From: Pseudomonas phage BRkr
Strand: one strand, 5' to 3'
DNA length: 64,000 nucleotides
Sequence record: LC765218.1
Positions 1-9,023 of this stretch are shown here, piece after piece. The first letter of the stretch is position 1; the number at the start of each line of letters is the position of its first letter. The notes under the pieces were generated by a model. That model had not been told where the DNA came from. It made no database searches and saw only the letters and a list, made by a program, of their open reading frames with translations. The position numbers and the translations under genes were made by a program.

Positions 1-73
1 GTCAGTTTCATAAACTCAGGACTAACAAATGTGAAATATACAGCGTTCTGTGTTGGGGTTAGATGATTCATAT

Positions 74-361
74 TTACTCCGTATGTTTGAGATAGGTTTC
101 AACTGCTTTAAGACCTTTATTAAAGAACATGGTTTCAACATAAGTAATATTACTTATACTCTCCTCGATAAGTTCCCATTTGATACAACGTGTAATAGCG
201 TTGATTGTAATATCTAATCCGTTTGGGAATAGGGTTACTTCATCAGTAAGGCGAATCCAATCGGGAGCTTTCGCTCCATTACGTAAGCGGGGACTAAACG
301 TAAGATTGTAGAGTTTCTGCAATGGTTCTTTTAGTAGCGCTTTTTGTTCTTGGTGTTCCAT
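74..361 (-). CDS. hypothetical protein (95 aa)
   Basis: Complete ORF in the six-frame track. GAGAG Shine-Dalgarno 6 nt upstream of the ATG at 359-361. No recognisable motifs. Confidence 0.4.
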   Translation of the reverse strand: MEHQEQKALLKEPLQKLYNLTFSPRLRNGAKAPDWIRLTDEVTLFPNGLDITINAITRCIKWELIEESISNITYVETMFFNKGLKAVETYLKHTE

Positions 362-370
362 GCGTTTCTC

Positions 371-592
371 TCAAAGACATTTGAATATAAAAATAGAATA
401 CTCGTTATGATCAGTAACTTTCAAAACGTTATCCGTTCGTAGTATCTCGTGTCTACGGTATTTGTTTTCCAAAATGTCTAAGTGTGATATGCATTGTTCT
501 TTATTTTCAAAATGAATGGTCGATTCTTTTGTAGATGTAATTCCAAACCAGCCAACATGTATTGCCAGAACAAACATTGTCGCGATGTTCAT
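371..592 (-). CDS. hypothetical small protein (74 aa, hydrophobic N-terminus)
   Basis: Internal ATG of the 371..691 ORF, whose longer version would overlap the tRNA. No Shine-Dalgarno. The ORF may be spurious. Confidence 0.2.
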   Translation of the reverse strand: MNIATMFVLAIHVGWFGITSTKESTIHFENKEQCISHLDILENKYRRHEILRTDNVLKVTDHNEYSIFIFKCL

Positions 593-647
593 GTTTATTA
601 TCCCGATGCAATATAATACCCTCCATAACGGAGGGCTTATATTTAAA

Positions 648-723
648 TGGTCGGAGTGGAGAGACTCGAACTCCCGACATCCTGCTCCCAAAGCAGGCGC
701 GCTACCAACTGCGCTACACTCCG
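648..723 (-). tRNA. tRNA-Pro (anticodon UGG), CCA encoded
   Basis: Hand-folded reverse complement: acceptor CGGAGTG/CACTCCG, D-stem GCGC/GCGC, anticodon stem CCTGC/GCAGG with loop TTTGGGA (anticodon TGG), T-arm GGGAG-TTCGAGT-CTCCC, 3' ACCA. Confidence 0.8.
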
Positions 724-729
724 TAAATT

Positions 730-815
730 TGGTACCCGGTGTCGGACTCGAACCGACACGGCTTTCGCCGAGAGATTTTAAGTCTCTTGTGTACTACCAA
801 TTTCACCAACCGGGC
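730..815 (-). tRNA. tRNA-Leu (anticodon UAA), type II with long variable arm, CCA encoded
   Basis: Reverse complement folds with acceptor GCCCGGT/ACCGGGT (G1-U72 wobble), anticodon stem AGAGA/TCTCT with loop CTTAAAA (anticodon TAA), variable arm GGCGAAAGCCGT, T-arm GTCGG-TTCGAGT-CCGAC, 3' ACCA. Confidence 0.75.
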
Positions 816-855
816 ATTTCTTCTCTATAAATAGAGGCTCCTCAGTATTATTCAA

Positions 856-884
856 CATAAAGCCTCCCAGTGGGAGGCGATATG
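856..884 (-). terminator. intrinsic terminator hairpin (GCCTCCC/GGGAGGC) followed by a U-tract on the minus-strand RNA
   Basis: Inverted repeat gcctcccagtgggaggc flanked by cataaag, whose reverse complement is cuuuaug, downstream of the minus-strand gene 1055..1807. Confidence 0.5.
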
Positions 885-1054
885 CTCATCAACACAACAA
901 GGAGAAAGATACAACTTACCAACTGAAAGGAGGGGATCACAACAGGGAGTCTTACTTCCTAGAAGCCAGCTGGAAGGGTTGCTGGCTCCGGCGCGCTGTG
1001 ATCCTAGTAAAGATGAGGAGTGACATCTCTACATATCATTACATAGCTGGTAAG

Positions 1055-1807
1055 TTATTCTTCTTCGCTAACGAAAGCAATACGCTCTTCGATATTTTCC
1101 AGAGTTATTACTTCATCGAAGTTCTCAGTAGAAACACTTGTGAAATTATGTTCTTTATCAATTTGCGCTAGTCCAATCTGCATCACTTTGCGAGCGTCTG
1201 GGCTAAGTCCATCAATACCTGCTGCTTCAATAGCAGCTTTATATCCAGTGAGGGTAGTAAGAGAAGACATGTTCTTTTCCTCTTTTTTGTTTCTTACATG
1301 AATGAAGATTATAGGTCCTTCAGATTTATACATTTCAAAACCTGGAGTTAGGATAATCTCATTATTAATATTTTTAGCTACATAACCACCACGGATAACC
1401 TTGCTGATATAACTGTTCAAACCAGCACCGCCATCAGCGAAGTATTTCATGTCCTGTAGTTGTATTTCAGTGATACTTTTTAGTGTATAAAGATAAAACA
1501 CCTCTCCACCGAATTCTACAAGCATCCAATCAGGACCATATTTGTAACTCTTTACATTAGATCTTCCGGAGCGATTGTAGTAAGTCCACATATCGTCCGT
1601 ATTATTAATAAGCTCAGTTATGGTTGGTGGTTGGATAACGTTATCTGTATCTGGTTCTACCCATACATCGTAAGGACGATCCGCGCGTGGATTGTTAACT
1701 TCATCAAACAACTGATTGATGAGGTCATCCATTTCCGCTTCGAGTGATATCGCGTATCGCAGCAAAAGGTTAATGTTAGGCATGATTGTTACCTTTAGAA
1801 TTGACAT
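1055..1807 (-). CDS. hypothetical protein (250 aa)
   Basis: Complete ORF. Its ATG sits directly after the terminator hairpin and the CTTTATGTT motif on the minus strand. Acidic C-terminus. Confidence 0.55.
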   Translation of the reverse strand: MSILKVTIMPNINLLLRYAISLEAEMDDLINQLFDEVNNPRADRPYDVWVEPDTDNVIQPPTITELINNTDDMWTYYNRSGRSNVKSYKYGPDWMLVEFGGEVFYLYTLKSITEIQLQDMKYFADGGAGLNSYISKVIRGGYVAKNINNEIILTPGFEMYKSEGPIIFIHVRNKKEEKNMSSLTTLTGYKAAIEAAGIDGLSPDARKVMQIGLAQIDKEHNFTSVSTENFDEVITLENIEERIAFVSEEE

Positions 1808-1813
1808 AACATA

Positions 1814-1836
1814 AAGCCCTCCCGAAGGAGAGCTAT
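1814..1836 (-). terminator. intrinsic terminator hairpin
   Basis: On the minus-strand RNA, GCUCUCC-UUCG-GGAGGGC including one U-G wobble, then CUUUAUGUU. Sits after gene 1841..2254. Confidence 0.5.
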
Positions 1837-1840
1837 ATGT

Positions 1841-2254
1841 TTACATTACTTCTCGGGTACCATCTACCATTTCAAGAACTGTAATCGTTTTACCGACCTC
1901 TGGTTTCTTGTTAGCAACAGTTTGCACCAGATGTTGCTTTCCATCAGCTTCGATAATCATTTTACACTGGAATGTTTCAGTAGCCCCTATCTCGTTTCCG
2001 ACAGCACCGCCAGCGGCGCCTCCAACGAGACCACCAATCCAGCCGCCTGATTTACCGAAGATAGCTCTACCCAACATTGCACCGCCAACTGCACCTGCTG
2101 TACCGCCAACAGTTGCACCAACGATACTGTTATCTTTAGTAACCAGTTGACACTCAGACTGCTTTACGATACCAGTGGTAGAAGATTTGATCTCCCCTGC
2201 TGCAAATGCAATTAGAGGGAACATTAGAGTTACAGCAAGAGTGATCTTTTTCAT
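1841..2254 (-). CDS. secreted glycine-zipper protein (signal peptide, GxxxG-rich, 17-kDa-antigen/Slp-like)
   Basis: N-terminal MKKITLAVTLMFPLIAFAAG looks like a signal peptide. A long GxxxG glycine-zipper run follows (GATVGGTAGAVGGAMLGRAIFGKSGGWIGGLVGGAAGGAVG). Its ATG overlaps the nrdB stop as TAATG. Confidence 0.6.
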   Translation of the reverse strand: MKKITLAVTLMFPLIAFAAGEIKSSTTGIVKQSECQLVTKDNSIVGATVGGTAGAVGGAMLGRAIFGKSGGWIGGLVGGAAGGAVGNEIGATETFQCKMIIEADGKQHLVQTVANKKPEVGKTITVLEMVDGTREVM

Positions 2255-3411
2255 TACAGGAAATCCACATCAAATTCGTCTTTCTCACCACGGGTGTCAA
2301 GAAGGTTAACCATGTAGTCACCTTTCTCTGCTTCTTGTGGAGAGGCTTGAGTTGCCGAAATGTCGAGATATTCTACCATGAACGGCAGTGGGTTATCTTC
2401 AGGGAATTCCAGAGGAACACCAGTAAGTTCCAGGTATTCTGCCGAATGCTTTTCCAGAGTCTCCGGAATAATATTCAGGAAAGTACCAGCAGCGTTACCA
2501 TTAAACAGAACCCATTGGAACAGTTTTTGTGCGTTAACGCCAGCCAAGCTACGACCTTCGGAGAACAGGTATTTAACCCAAGTAACTTCAGTCCGAATGA
2601 TTTCCCAGAACAGTTCAACGATTTGTGGTTTACATTGCTCATAAGCAGTCATACCACGTTCAGTTTTCAGAAGAGCCTTGATGACTTCTTGTCCGTATTG
2701 GGCATGGATCTCGAATTCATCTTGAGCGATCTTCTTAACCGCTTCACCGATTTGTTGGAACAGGCCAGTTTTACAAATAGCAAAAGTCACTGCAAACGAT
2801 GCCATGAACTGAATACGTTCCAACATATAAAGTGCAATGAAGAACATGAAGATCTTATTGTAAGTTTCCTGGTTGTTGGGTACTTGCTTCAATGCATAGG
2901 CGTGAGATGTATCGTGTGCTTCACCCATTACACGTGCAACAGCAACCATGCGTTCCTGTGCTTCTTCAACGCGCAGGATTTCATCGAGAATAACACGCGG
3001 ATTCTTAAACGAACCCCGGACAATCTCGGAATAAGTAAGGGCGTGAACATCTTCGTTATCATTGATTCGAACATAACCAGTCCAAATCCTAGAGTCAGTC
3101 ATTACAGGACCAAGAATATTCACAATTGCTCGACTAGCTACAGAGTCAGCTTCCCATTGCCATGCAAGGGTTTTGATCATCATGTCGTAAGTCGATTTAT
3201 TGCATGTTTCAAATTCGATAAGACATTGTTGGAAGTCGAATTCCAATTCGTCCCAGTCAAGCTTACGTAGACGTTTGTAGAGAGACCATGGTACAGGGAA
3301 GTGAGTATGAATAGAATCTAGGAGTCCAGGTTCTTGACCAAGGATAATTTCAGGTACGTCATAGTCGGTCTTTTCTACGTTAAAGATTTTCTTGGGGAGC
3401 TTGTCAGTCAT
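2254..3411 (-). CDS. nrdB: ribonucleotide reductase class Ia small subunit
   Basis: Ferritin-like diiron/tyrosyl-radical segments are visible: EAHDTSHAYAL, FFIALYMLERIQFMASFAVTFAI, EFEIHAQYG. ATG at 3411 is preceded by AAGGAAA. The track ORF extends to a TTG at 3462. Confidence 0.85.
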   Translation of the reverse strand: MTDKLPKKIFNVEKTDYDVPEIILGQEPGLLDSIHTHFPVPWSLYKRLRKLDWDELEFDFQQCLIEFETCNKSTYDMMIKTLAWQWEADSVASRAIVNILGPVMTDSRIWTGYVRINDNEDVHALTYSEIVRGSFKNPRVILDEILRVEEAQERMVAVARVMGEAHDTSHAYALKQVPNNQETYNKIFMFFIALYMLERIQFMASFAVTFAICKTGLFQQIGEAVKKIAQDEFEIHAQYGQEVIKALLKTERGMTAYEQCKPQIVELFWEIIRTEVTWVKYLFSEGRSLAGVNAQKLFQWVLFNGNAAGTFLNIIPETLEKHSAEYLELTGVPLEFPEDNPLPFMVEYLDISATQASPQEAEKGDYMVNLLDTRGEKDEFDVDFL

Positions 3412-3517
3412 TTCAGTTTCCTTGTTGATGTCAAAATTGCTTACAATTGATATGGTTATCAAGTAAAATTATAATAACATCTTGTTAGAATATTAAAGGG
3501 CAGCTAAGAGCACGATC

Positions 3518-4465
3518 ATGTTTGAATTATTGTTATCATTACCGAAGAGAGCACCGAAGCTGACATACACCTACGATTTAGTGACATTAACACCAAGACC
3601 AACAATAGCTAATCATGCCACGGCCTGTGAACATGCTGGAAAATATATGTTGGTGGTGGACTTAACGCATCTACTCGTTCTATAAACAACTTCGATATTT
3701 ACGATATTGAAAATGATGCATGGACAGTTGGTGCAGTACTACCTGGTCAAAGACGATCGGGTGTAATGGCAGCTGACGGTAATCGCGTTATTTACGTCGG
3801 TGGGTATAACCAAGGTGGTAACCCAGTAGGACCGTTCTCTACAATCTACACTTACAATACAGCTAATAATACTTGGGGAACTTCAAACACGAGCGACGTA
3901 GCGCGATTTGAAGCTACAGGTATCCCGTTAGCAGGTGGACAGGTTATTGACTACTCTGGTTGGTCTGGTACGACAATGTTACCCAACGCTAGTCGTATTG
4001 ATGTTAATCCAACTGGTGGTGTTAGTACAACCCCATTACCAAATATACCGGCAGCTTATAGAACCCGTTATGCTGGTTCGTGCCGTAATGGAAATGACAT
4101 TTATATTGGTGGTGGATTAGACTCTGCTGGTTCTCCAGTAGATACATTCTTTTTACTATAGCCCCGTCACGAATACATTTAGGGCACTTGCACCGTTGCC
4201 AGTAAAACTAAATGCGGTTCAGTTGATGTGGCATAACAATGAAGTTATTGCTTATCTAGTAAATAGTGGTATATGGGCATATAACCCTGGTTCAAATGAA
4301 TGGAGACCTGTAAATGAAACTCCATCTGGAAATGTACATGGTTTATCGACCGGTGTACAAGTTAATAACGAACTATATCTAATCGGTGGTTTTGATACAG
4401 CTCGTCATGGATACCTTTCTAAGATTGTACCAACCTTGGTAGCAATAGATGACGTTCCAGTGTGA
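3518..4465 (+). pseudogene. frameshift-disrupted Kelch/beta-propeller-repeat gene (paralogue of 34085..35002)
   Basis: Three consecutive reading frames together encode a Kelch-like repeat protein: 3518-3685 frame 2, about 3631-4161 frame 1, 4196-4465 frame 2. N-terminus MFELLLSL... parallels MFESLLATL... of the intact minus-strand paralogue. Motifs YDIENDAWT, IYVGGYNQGG and LYLIGGFD are typical. Confidence 0.4.
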
Positions 4466-4469
4466 CATC

Positions 4470-4500
4470 ATAAAGCCCTCCCCTAAAGGGAGGGCGATAT
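4470..4500. terminator. bidirectional intrinsic terminator hairpin
   Basis: GCCCTCCC-ctaaa-GGGAGGGC 8-bp stem, flanked by cataaa and gatatat, between convergent 3' ends at 4465 and 4505. Confidence 0.5.
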
Positions 4501-4504
4501 ATCG

Positions 4505-6790
4505 TTACAGAGTACAGGCACCGCCAGCACATCCTTTCGAACCATCGTTATTTTCAAACGCAGATTCAAGAGCAGCCAGGGACAGGTTAGCAGAAGTCTC
4601 GGTATTCATGTAGTATCGAGTCTTCATACCAAGCTTAACTTGCAGGAAGTAGTCGCGAAGCATTTCGTTGGAGCTAATCTTCTCATCGCCGATAATCCGA
4701 CGATACAGGTCAGCAGAAATACCTTGGTCGGTCCATTTCTGGAAGATAGCGTAAGCTTCGATCATGTCCTTAGTTGGAATATCATAAGCCAGTTCGTACT
4801 TATACGCTTTGTCGTCTCCAAACGGGGCAGCCCAGTTAATCAGGTTATTGTTGTCCGACTTATTGATAACCAGACGACGAACCGGGTAAATAGAGTTAGC
4901 ACCACCTACCGCTTTCGAGGAGGCTTCACCTGGCATGTATGCAACAAGTACCGAGTGGCCGATACCACCGTTAGCAATGATTTCCTTACGAAGTTTCTCC
5001 CAGTTGTAAATGTTCTCAAACCCACCTGGTACGATTTCATCTACATTTCGTTTGTAGGTATCAAGAGGCAGCCAACCTTCAGGCCACAGAGTCTTATGTA
5101 TCCACGGTGCAAGACCACGTTCTTTAGAGATCCGCAGTGATGCCTCGATCAGGTGATACATGTGGCGTTCTGCAACAAAGTGCATCTCGCGCTTACCGGC
5201 CTCAGAAGAATACGCCAGACCGGCGCGGGCCATGTGTGTAGCAAGACCCATGATACCAACCCCAGCACTCATACGCTGTTTGGCAGTGAAACCGAGATGA
5301 GGGAAAGCATATTCTGCATTGAGGATACAATAATCAATCATCTTCAGTGCATAGTAAGCCGCTTTACGATAAGTTGCTGCATCAGGGATATTGTCAACAA
5401 CGATTGCTGCGAGAGAACAGGTAGCAATCTCACCTCGACCATGGTCTTCCTCAGAATAGAGGTCACGCATGTCGTAGTAAGGTTTGGTTGGTTCAGCAAT
5501 TTCCATGCAGAGGTTCGAACTATGAATCGGCTCTTTAAACGGAGTATGGCGATTCATTTCATCGATTTGAGCAGTATATGCAACACCAGTTTCATAGGCT
5601 TCGTTAAGAACCGTTTTTAGAAGATCCCGTGCATCGATGTATGTCTTAGTGAAATTCGGATCTGCTTCATACTTCTCGTAGAGTTCTTTGAACTTAGCTT
5701 GATCTTTACCGTAGAATGCTTCGAACAGGTCAGGTGCAGTATACGGGTTAAATACGAAGACCTTTTCATTCTTAGCTGCTTTAGCTGCGAACAGAACGTT
5801 ACCCATTGCTGCATAGTGAAGATCACGATTCTTACGGTCTTCAGTAGAGCGAGGGTTACGGAGTTGAGAGATCATATCCGCTTCTGGGTCAAAGAGACTA
5901 TAGAAGCTAGTTACAGCACCGCCGCGACCATTTTGCAGGTTAGCTCGAACAGCCTTACCCATTACATCGATGTAAGGTTTCTTACCTTGGTGAACGATGA
6001 GACCGTTACGTACAGGATCCCCAACAGAACGGGACATGATGTTTACACCAATACCAGCCGAAGACTGGGTCATGATGTTCGCGATGTAGTCTCCGATAGC
6101 CAACGAAGTACCGTTGTCGCCAGAAGCGAAGAGGCAGCAAGAAGCAAAGCCCCGCAGTACAGTACCAAGATTAACGTAGTTAGGAGTCGGCGCCGACAAT
6201 TGTTTTTGAGAGAACAATTCATAATAGTTCTTCACATGTTCCAGCCGCTCAGCTTTAGGTTCTTTCTCAGAAAGAGCCATTGCCATCCGCATGTATGTAA
6301 ACTGCTGAGTTTCATACTCTTTTCCAGACACGCGATTACGAAGGGAATACTTACCACGGATATGATGGAGAGCGAAATGGGGGGAATTGAAATCAAGATC
6401 ATGATTAATCATCTCCTGGATAGCCTGATATTCATCATCGCTATAATCCAGTTTGATCATTACTCCATCTTCATGCATTTTGGCATGAAGTTGTTTTACT
6501 GTCGGAATACCGTCCAGTCCATAGATTTTCTTACGCAGAAATACTGCGTACAGACGACCAGCCATTAGGTAATACGACCAGGTCTTACGATTAAGACATT
6601 CTTCGATCAGCCAACCCTGGAACTCCTGAGATGTAACCTTTTTGGGCTTACCGCTTACAGCACCTAGTACGATACTACCCCAGTCAACTTTGTTGCCCAG
6701 ACGTGCCGCTGCCCACTCACCCCAGCCATTTGCTTTCTCGTTATCGAAGGGTTGTTCAGTGCCATCCAGTTTGATAATAGTTTCAATCAT
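4505..6790 (-). CDS. nrdA: ribonucleotide reductase class Ia large subunit
   Basis: 761 aa. An N-terminal ATP-cone-like region is followed by a catalytic core with the NLCMEI active-site region, and the C-terminal tail carries a radical-transfer cysteine pair (...GCAGGACTL). Adjacent to nrdB. Confidence 0.9.
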   Translation of the reverse strand: MIETIIKLDGTEQPFDNEKANGWGEWAAARLGNKVDWGSIVLGAVSGKPKKVTSQEFQGWLIEECLNRKTWSYYLMAGRLYAVFLRKKIYGLDGIPTVKQLHAKMHEDGVMIKLDYSDDEYQAIQEMINHDLDFNSPHFALHHIRGKYSLRNRVSGKEYETQQFTYMRMAMALSEKEPKAERLEHVKNYYELFSQKQLSAPTPNYVNLGTVLRGFASCCLFASGDNGTSLAIGDYIANIMTQSSAGIGVNIMSRSVGDPVRNGLIVHQGKKPYIDVMGKAVRANLQNGRGGAVTSFYSLFDPEADMISQLRNPRSTEDRKNRDLHYAAMGNVLFAAKAAKNEKVFVFNPYTAPDLFEAFYGKDQAKFKELYEKYEADPNFTKTYIDARDLLKTVLNEAYETGVAYTAQIDEMNRHTPFKEPIHSSNLCMEIAEPTKPYYDMRDLYSEEDHGRGEIATCSLAAIVVDNIPDAATYRKAAYYALKMIDYCILNAEYAFPHLGFTAKQRMSAGVGIMGLATHMARAGLAYSSEAGKREMHFVAERHMYHLIEASLRISKERGLAPWIHKTLWPEGWLPLDTYKRNVDEIVPGGFENIYNWEKLRKEIIANGGIGHSVLVAYMPGEASSKAVGGANSIYPVRRLVINKSDNNNLINWAAPFGDDKAYKYELAYDIPTKDMIEAYAIFQKWTDQGISADLYRRIIGDEKISSNEMLRDYFLQVKLGMKTRYYMNTETSANLSLAALESAFENNDGSKGCAGGACTL

Positions 6791-6986
6791 CTCTATTTTT
6801 CCAGTTGTTTATTGCGTAAAACGTAAATTGATGAATTCTAACATAACTAAAACCACGCAAGTATTTTTACGATCATTTAGTTTTAAATAAGTTAAAATCT
6901 TCTAACAGCATACCATACAACACCTAAAAAGAAGAACTACTCAGATGGAAAAGGATATGCTATTTATTTCAATCTGGAGAATACAA

Positions 6987-7340
6987 ATGCCTTATTATCA
7001 AGCTATTCTACCACTCGTAGAAGCTCACCAATGGTTTAAAAATGGCGACCATCCCATGGACCGCACCGTTAATGGAATTAACGAAGGGGCTATCGTTGGA
7101 CGGCATATTAGCCATGGTAGTGTACAAGGTGGAATGATCTGTCCTGACTGTAACTGTAAGATGGCCCTTCATGGGATCCTTAAAGTTCGAACTGACGATA
7201 GTCCCGCTGTTGTTTGTCCAGGTGACTATATTGAGTTTATTCGGGATGACAAGAAACGTATTCTGAGTTACAGGCTTCATCATAAAAAAGAATTTGAAGC
7301 GATCTTTGAAAAAGTTGTTACCAATGGAGTTAAGAAATGA
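6987..7340 (+). CDS. hypothetical Cys-rich protein (117 aa)
   Basis: ATG at 6987 is preceded by GGAGA. CPDCNC...CPGD could bind zinc. The track ORF starts 14 codons upstream. Confidence 0.5.
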   Translation: MPYYQAILPLVEAHQWFKNGDHPMDRTVNGINEGAIVGRHISHGSVQGGMICPDCNCKMALHGILKVRTDDSPAVVCPGDYIEFIRDDKKRILSYRLHHKKEFEAIFEKVVTNGVKK

Positions 7341-7918
7341 CCGCTGTTAATTACCCGTTTGTAGATACCATGGATAAATTTGATAAGATCACAAAAGGTC
7401 TTATTTTTGAACATCAAGCCGAGGGTGAGAGCGAAACGATGATTTCGCATGAACTCTCTATTCTTGATAATGACGGTGTTGTTCATTCACTTCATTTCAG
7501 TCAAATCACTAGCCTCATTGATACCATCACTGGTAAGCACCCTTCACTCGAACTCCCGCCACAACTATTCCTTATCACGCAATATCTGCTAGAGGATCTT
7601 AAGGAAGTTGGAGAGAAAGGATTTGTAATTACCGAATATTTTATCGATGTCCTTCCCACTGGTAATAAAGCTATTTTCCGTGGTACGCTGGCACATAAAT
7701 CGACAGTTGATGGACATCCTGACTTTGATCCGTCTTCCACGATTAGTAAAAAAGAGTTTGAGTTCTCTCTTAATCAATTCAGTATTCTACAGCAGATTGC
7801 TTTGAGTCATTGCATCGCTAATCTACACGAGGAGTGTGCTGGGTTCCGTGGCACTTTCGATGTGGAATATACTTTCCATTGGACGCCCTTTGCCTTTAAC
7901 GTTAAATTCTCCGAGTAA
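7337..7918 (+). CDS. hypothetical protein (193 aa)
   Basis: ATGA overlap with the upstream stop. GGAG Shine-Dalgarno. Confidence 0.55.
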   Translation: MTAVNYPFVDTMDKFDKITKGLIFEHQAEGESETMISHELSILDNDGVVHSLHFSQITSLIDTITGKHPSLELPPQLFLITQYLLEDLKEVGEKGFVITEYFIDVLPTGNKAIFRGTLAHKSTVDGHPDFDPSSTISKKEFEFSLNQFSILQQIALSHCIANLHEECAGFRGTFDVEYTFHWTPFAFNVKFSE

Positions 7919-7929
7919 GTGAGTTAATC

Positions 7930-8454
7930 ATGCCCACCCTAGCAATGATCTTTGCTGTATCCACGAATGGCATTATTGGAATCAATGGGAGTATTCCATG
8001 GCATATTCCTGAAGACTTTAAATGGTTTAAAGAAAAGACTTTAGGGCATGCTGTTGTAATGGGGCGGAAGACTTGGGAATCGTTAGGAAATAAACCTCTT
8101 CCAGGTCGGACTAACTATGTCCTTTCTTCAGATAGTGATAACTTGAAGGGAGATGGATATATCCATGTTAAGTCTTTAGACGAAGTACTAGAATTATCCC
8201 AAAATGAAAAGAAGGTTTTTATCATTGGTGGTGAAAGACTATTTAAAGATGGTATCACTCGTTGTAGTGAGTTCTATCGCACGATTGTTGATATGGACAT
8301 TGATTGTTCTTCCGATGACGTAACTGACGTTGCTAAGTTCGAGGAATATATTGATCCAATTAAATGGCGATTCATTTCCTGTCAGAAAGGTGTAACTAAC
8401 GCTCCCCGTAATCCAGGTCTTGGATATAGTTTGCAATACTGGGCAAGACGTTAA
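7930..8454 (+). CDS. folA: dihydrofolate reductase
   Basis: Classic DHFR N-terminus IGINGSIPWHIPEDFKWFKEKTLGHAVVMGRKTWESLG...PLPGRTNYVLS. Size matches at 174 aa. Confidence 0.85.
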   Translation: MPTLAMIFAVSTNGIIGINGSIPWHIPEDFKWFKEKTLGHAVVMGRKTWESLGNKPLPGRTNYVLSSDSDNLKGDGYIHVKSLDEVLELSQNEKKVFIIGGERLFKDGITRCSEFYRTIVDMDIDCSSDDVTDVAKFEEYIDPIKWRFISCQKGVTNAPRNPGLGYSLQYWARR

Positions 8455-8485
8455 CCCAATCCTTTGTGGTTAACGGAGATTGTAA

Positions 8486-8980
8486 ATGAGTAGCTATACT
8501 AAGTTTAATGCCAAGATGTCTATCCAGTATGACGATGATGCATCTGTTATTCTGGGTGATGACTACTGGCGGATTATGGAGACCTTTCAATACGACATTG
8601 GAAGTGAAGGCTCTGGTAAATACGCAGTTGTTAATAAATGTTTCCTAACAGATGGTGCATCTATTCCACGGCCAGTACGTTGGTTGATCCCTCGATTAGG
8701 TAAGCATGGTCAGGCAGCAGCGTTGCATGATAAGCTTTGTGAGACATACACTATCTTCCAGATGGTAGATGGGAAAGAGACAGAAGTTAAGGTAACTCGA
8801 AAAGAGATAGACCATATCTTCTATGAGGCGCTAAAAGTATCTAAGGTTAATCCAATTATCCGTGGTTTGATTCGTGCAGGTGTGGATAGCTACCGAATTG
8901 TTACACGTCCCTCTAAACCGAATGTTAAGAAAGAGAAACGTCGACTTGAACAACAATGTTCTTTAGGTCAAAGAGCTTAA
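8486..8980 (+). CDS. DUF1353-like protein
   Basis: TDGASIPR motif, characteristic of DUF1353 as recalled from memory. Basic C-terminus. Confidence 0.5.
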   Translation: MSSYTKFNAKMSIQYDDDASVILGDDYWRIMETFQYDIGSEGSGKYAVVNKCFLTDGASIPRPVRWLIPRLGKHGQAAALHDKLCETYTIFQMVDGKETEVKVTRKEIDHIFYEALKVSKVNPIIRGLIRAGVDSYRIVTRPSKPNVKKEKRRLEQQCSLGQRA

Positions 8981-8983
8981 CGG

Positions 8984-9016
8984 CATAAAGCCTTCCCCAA
9001 CGGGAAGGCTTTTATG
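8984..9016. terminator. bidirectional intrinsic terminator hairpin
   Basis: AGCCTTCCC-caac-GGGAAGGCT then TTTATG, with CATAAAG on the left, between convergent genes ending at 8980 and 9024. Confidence 0.55.
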
Positions 9017-9023
9017 TTGTCAC

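Noticed and set aside
371-691. Full-length 106-aa minus-strand ORF
   Set aside because: Its upstream 33 codons run through the tRNA-Pro gene and a terminator hairpin. Only the internal-ATG version (371-592) is retained, at low confidence.
934-1004. Third tRNA gene adjacent to tRNA-Leu
   Set aside because: The closing stem resembles an acceptor stem, but there is no TpsiC arm and no 7-nt anticodon loop in either orientation. It is kept only as a structured-RNA finding.
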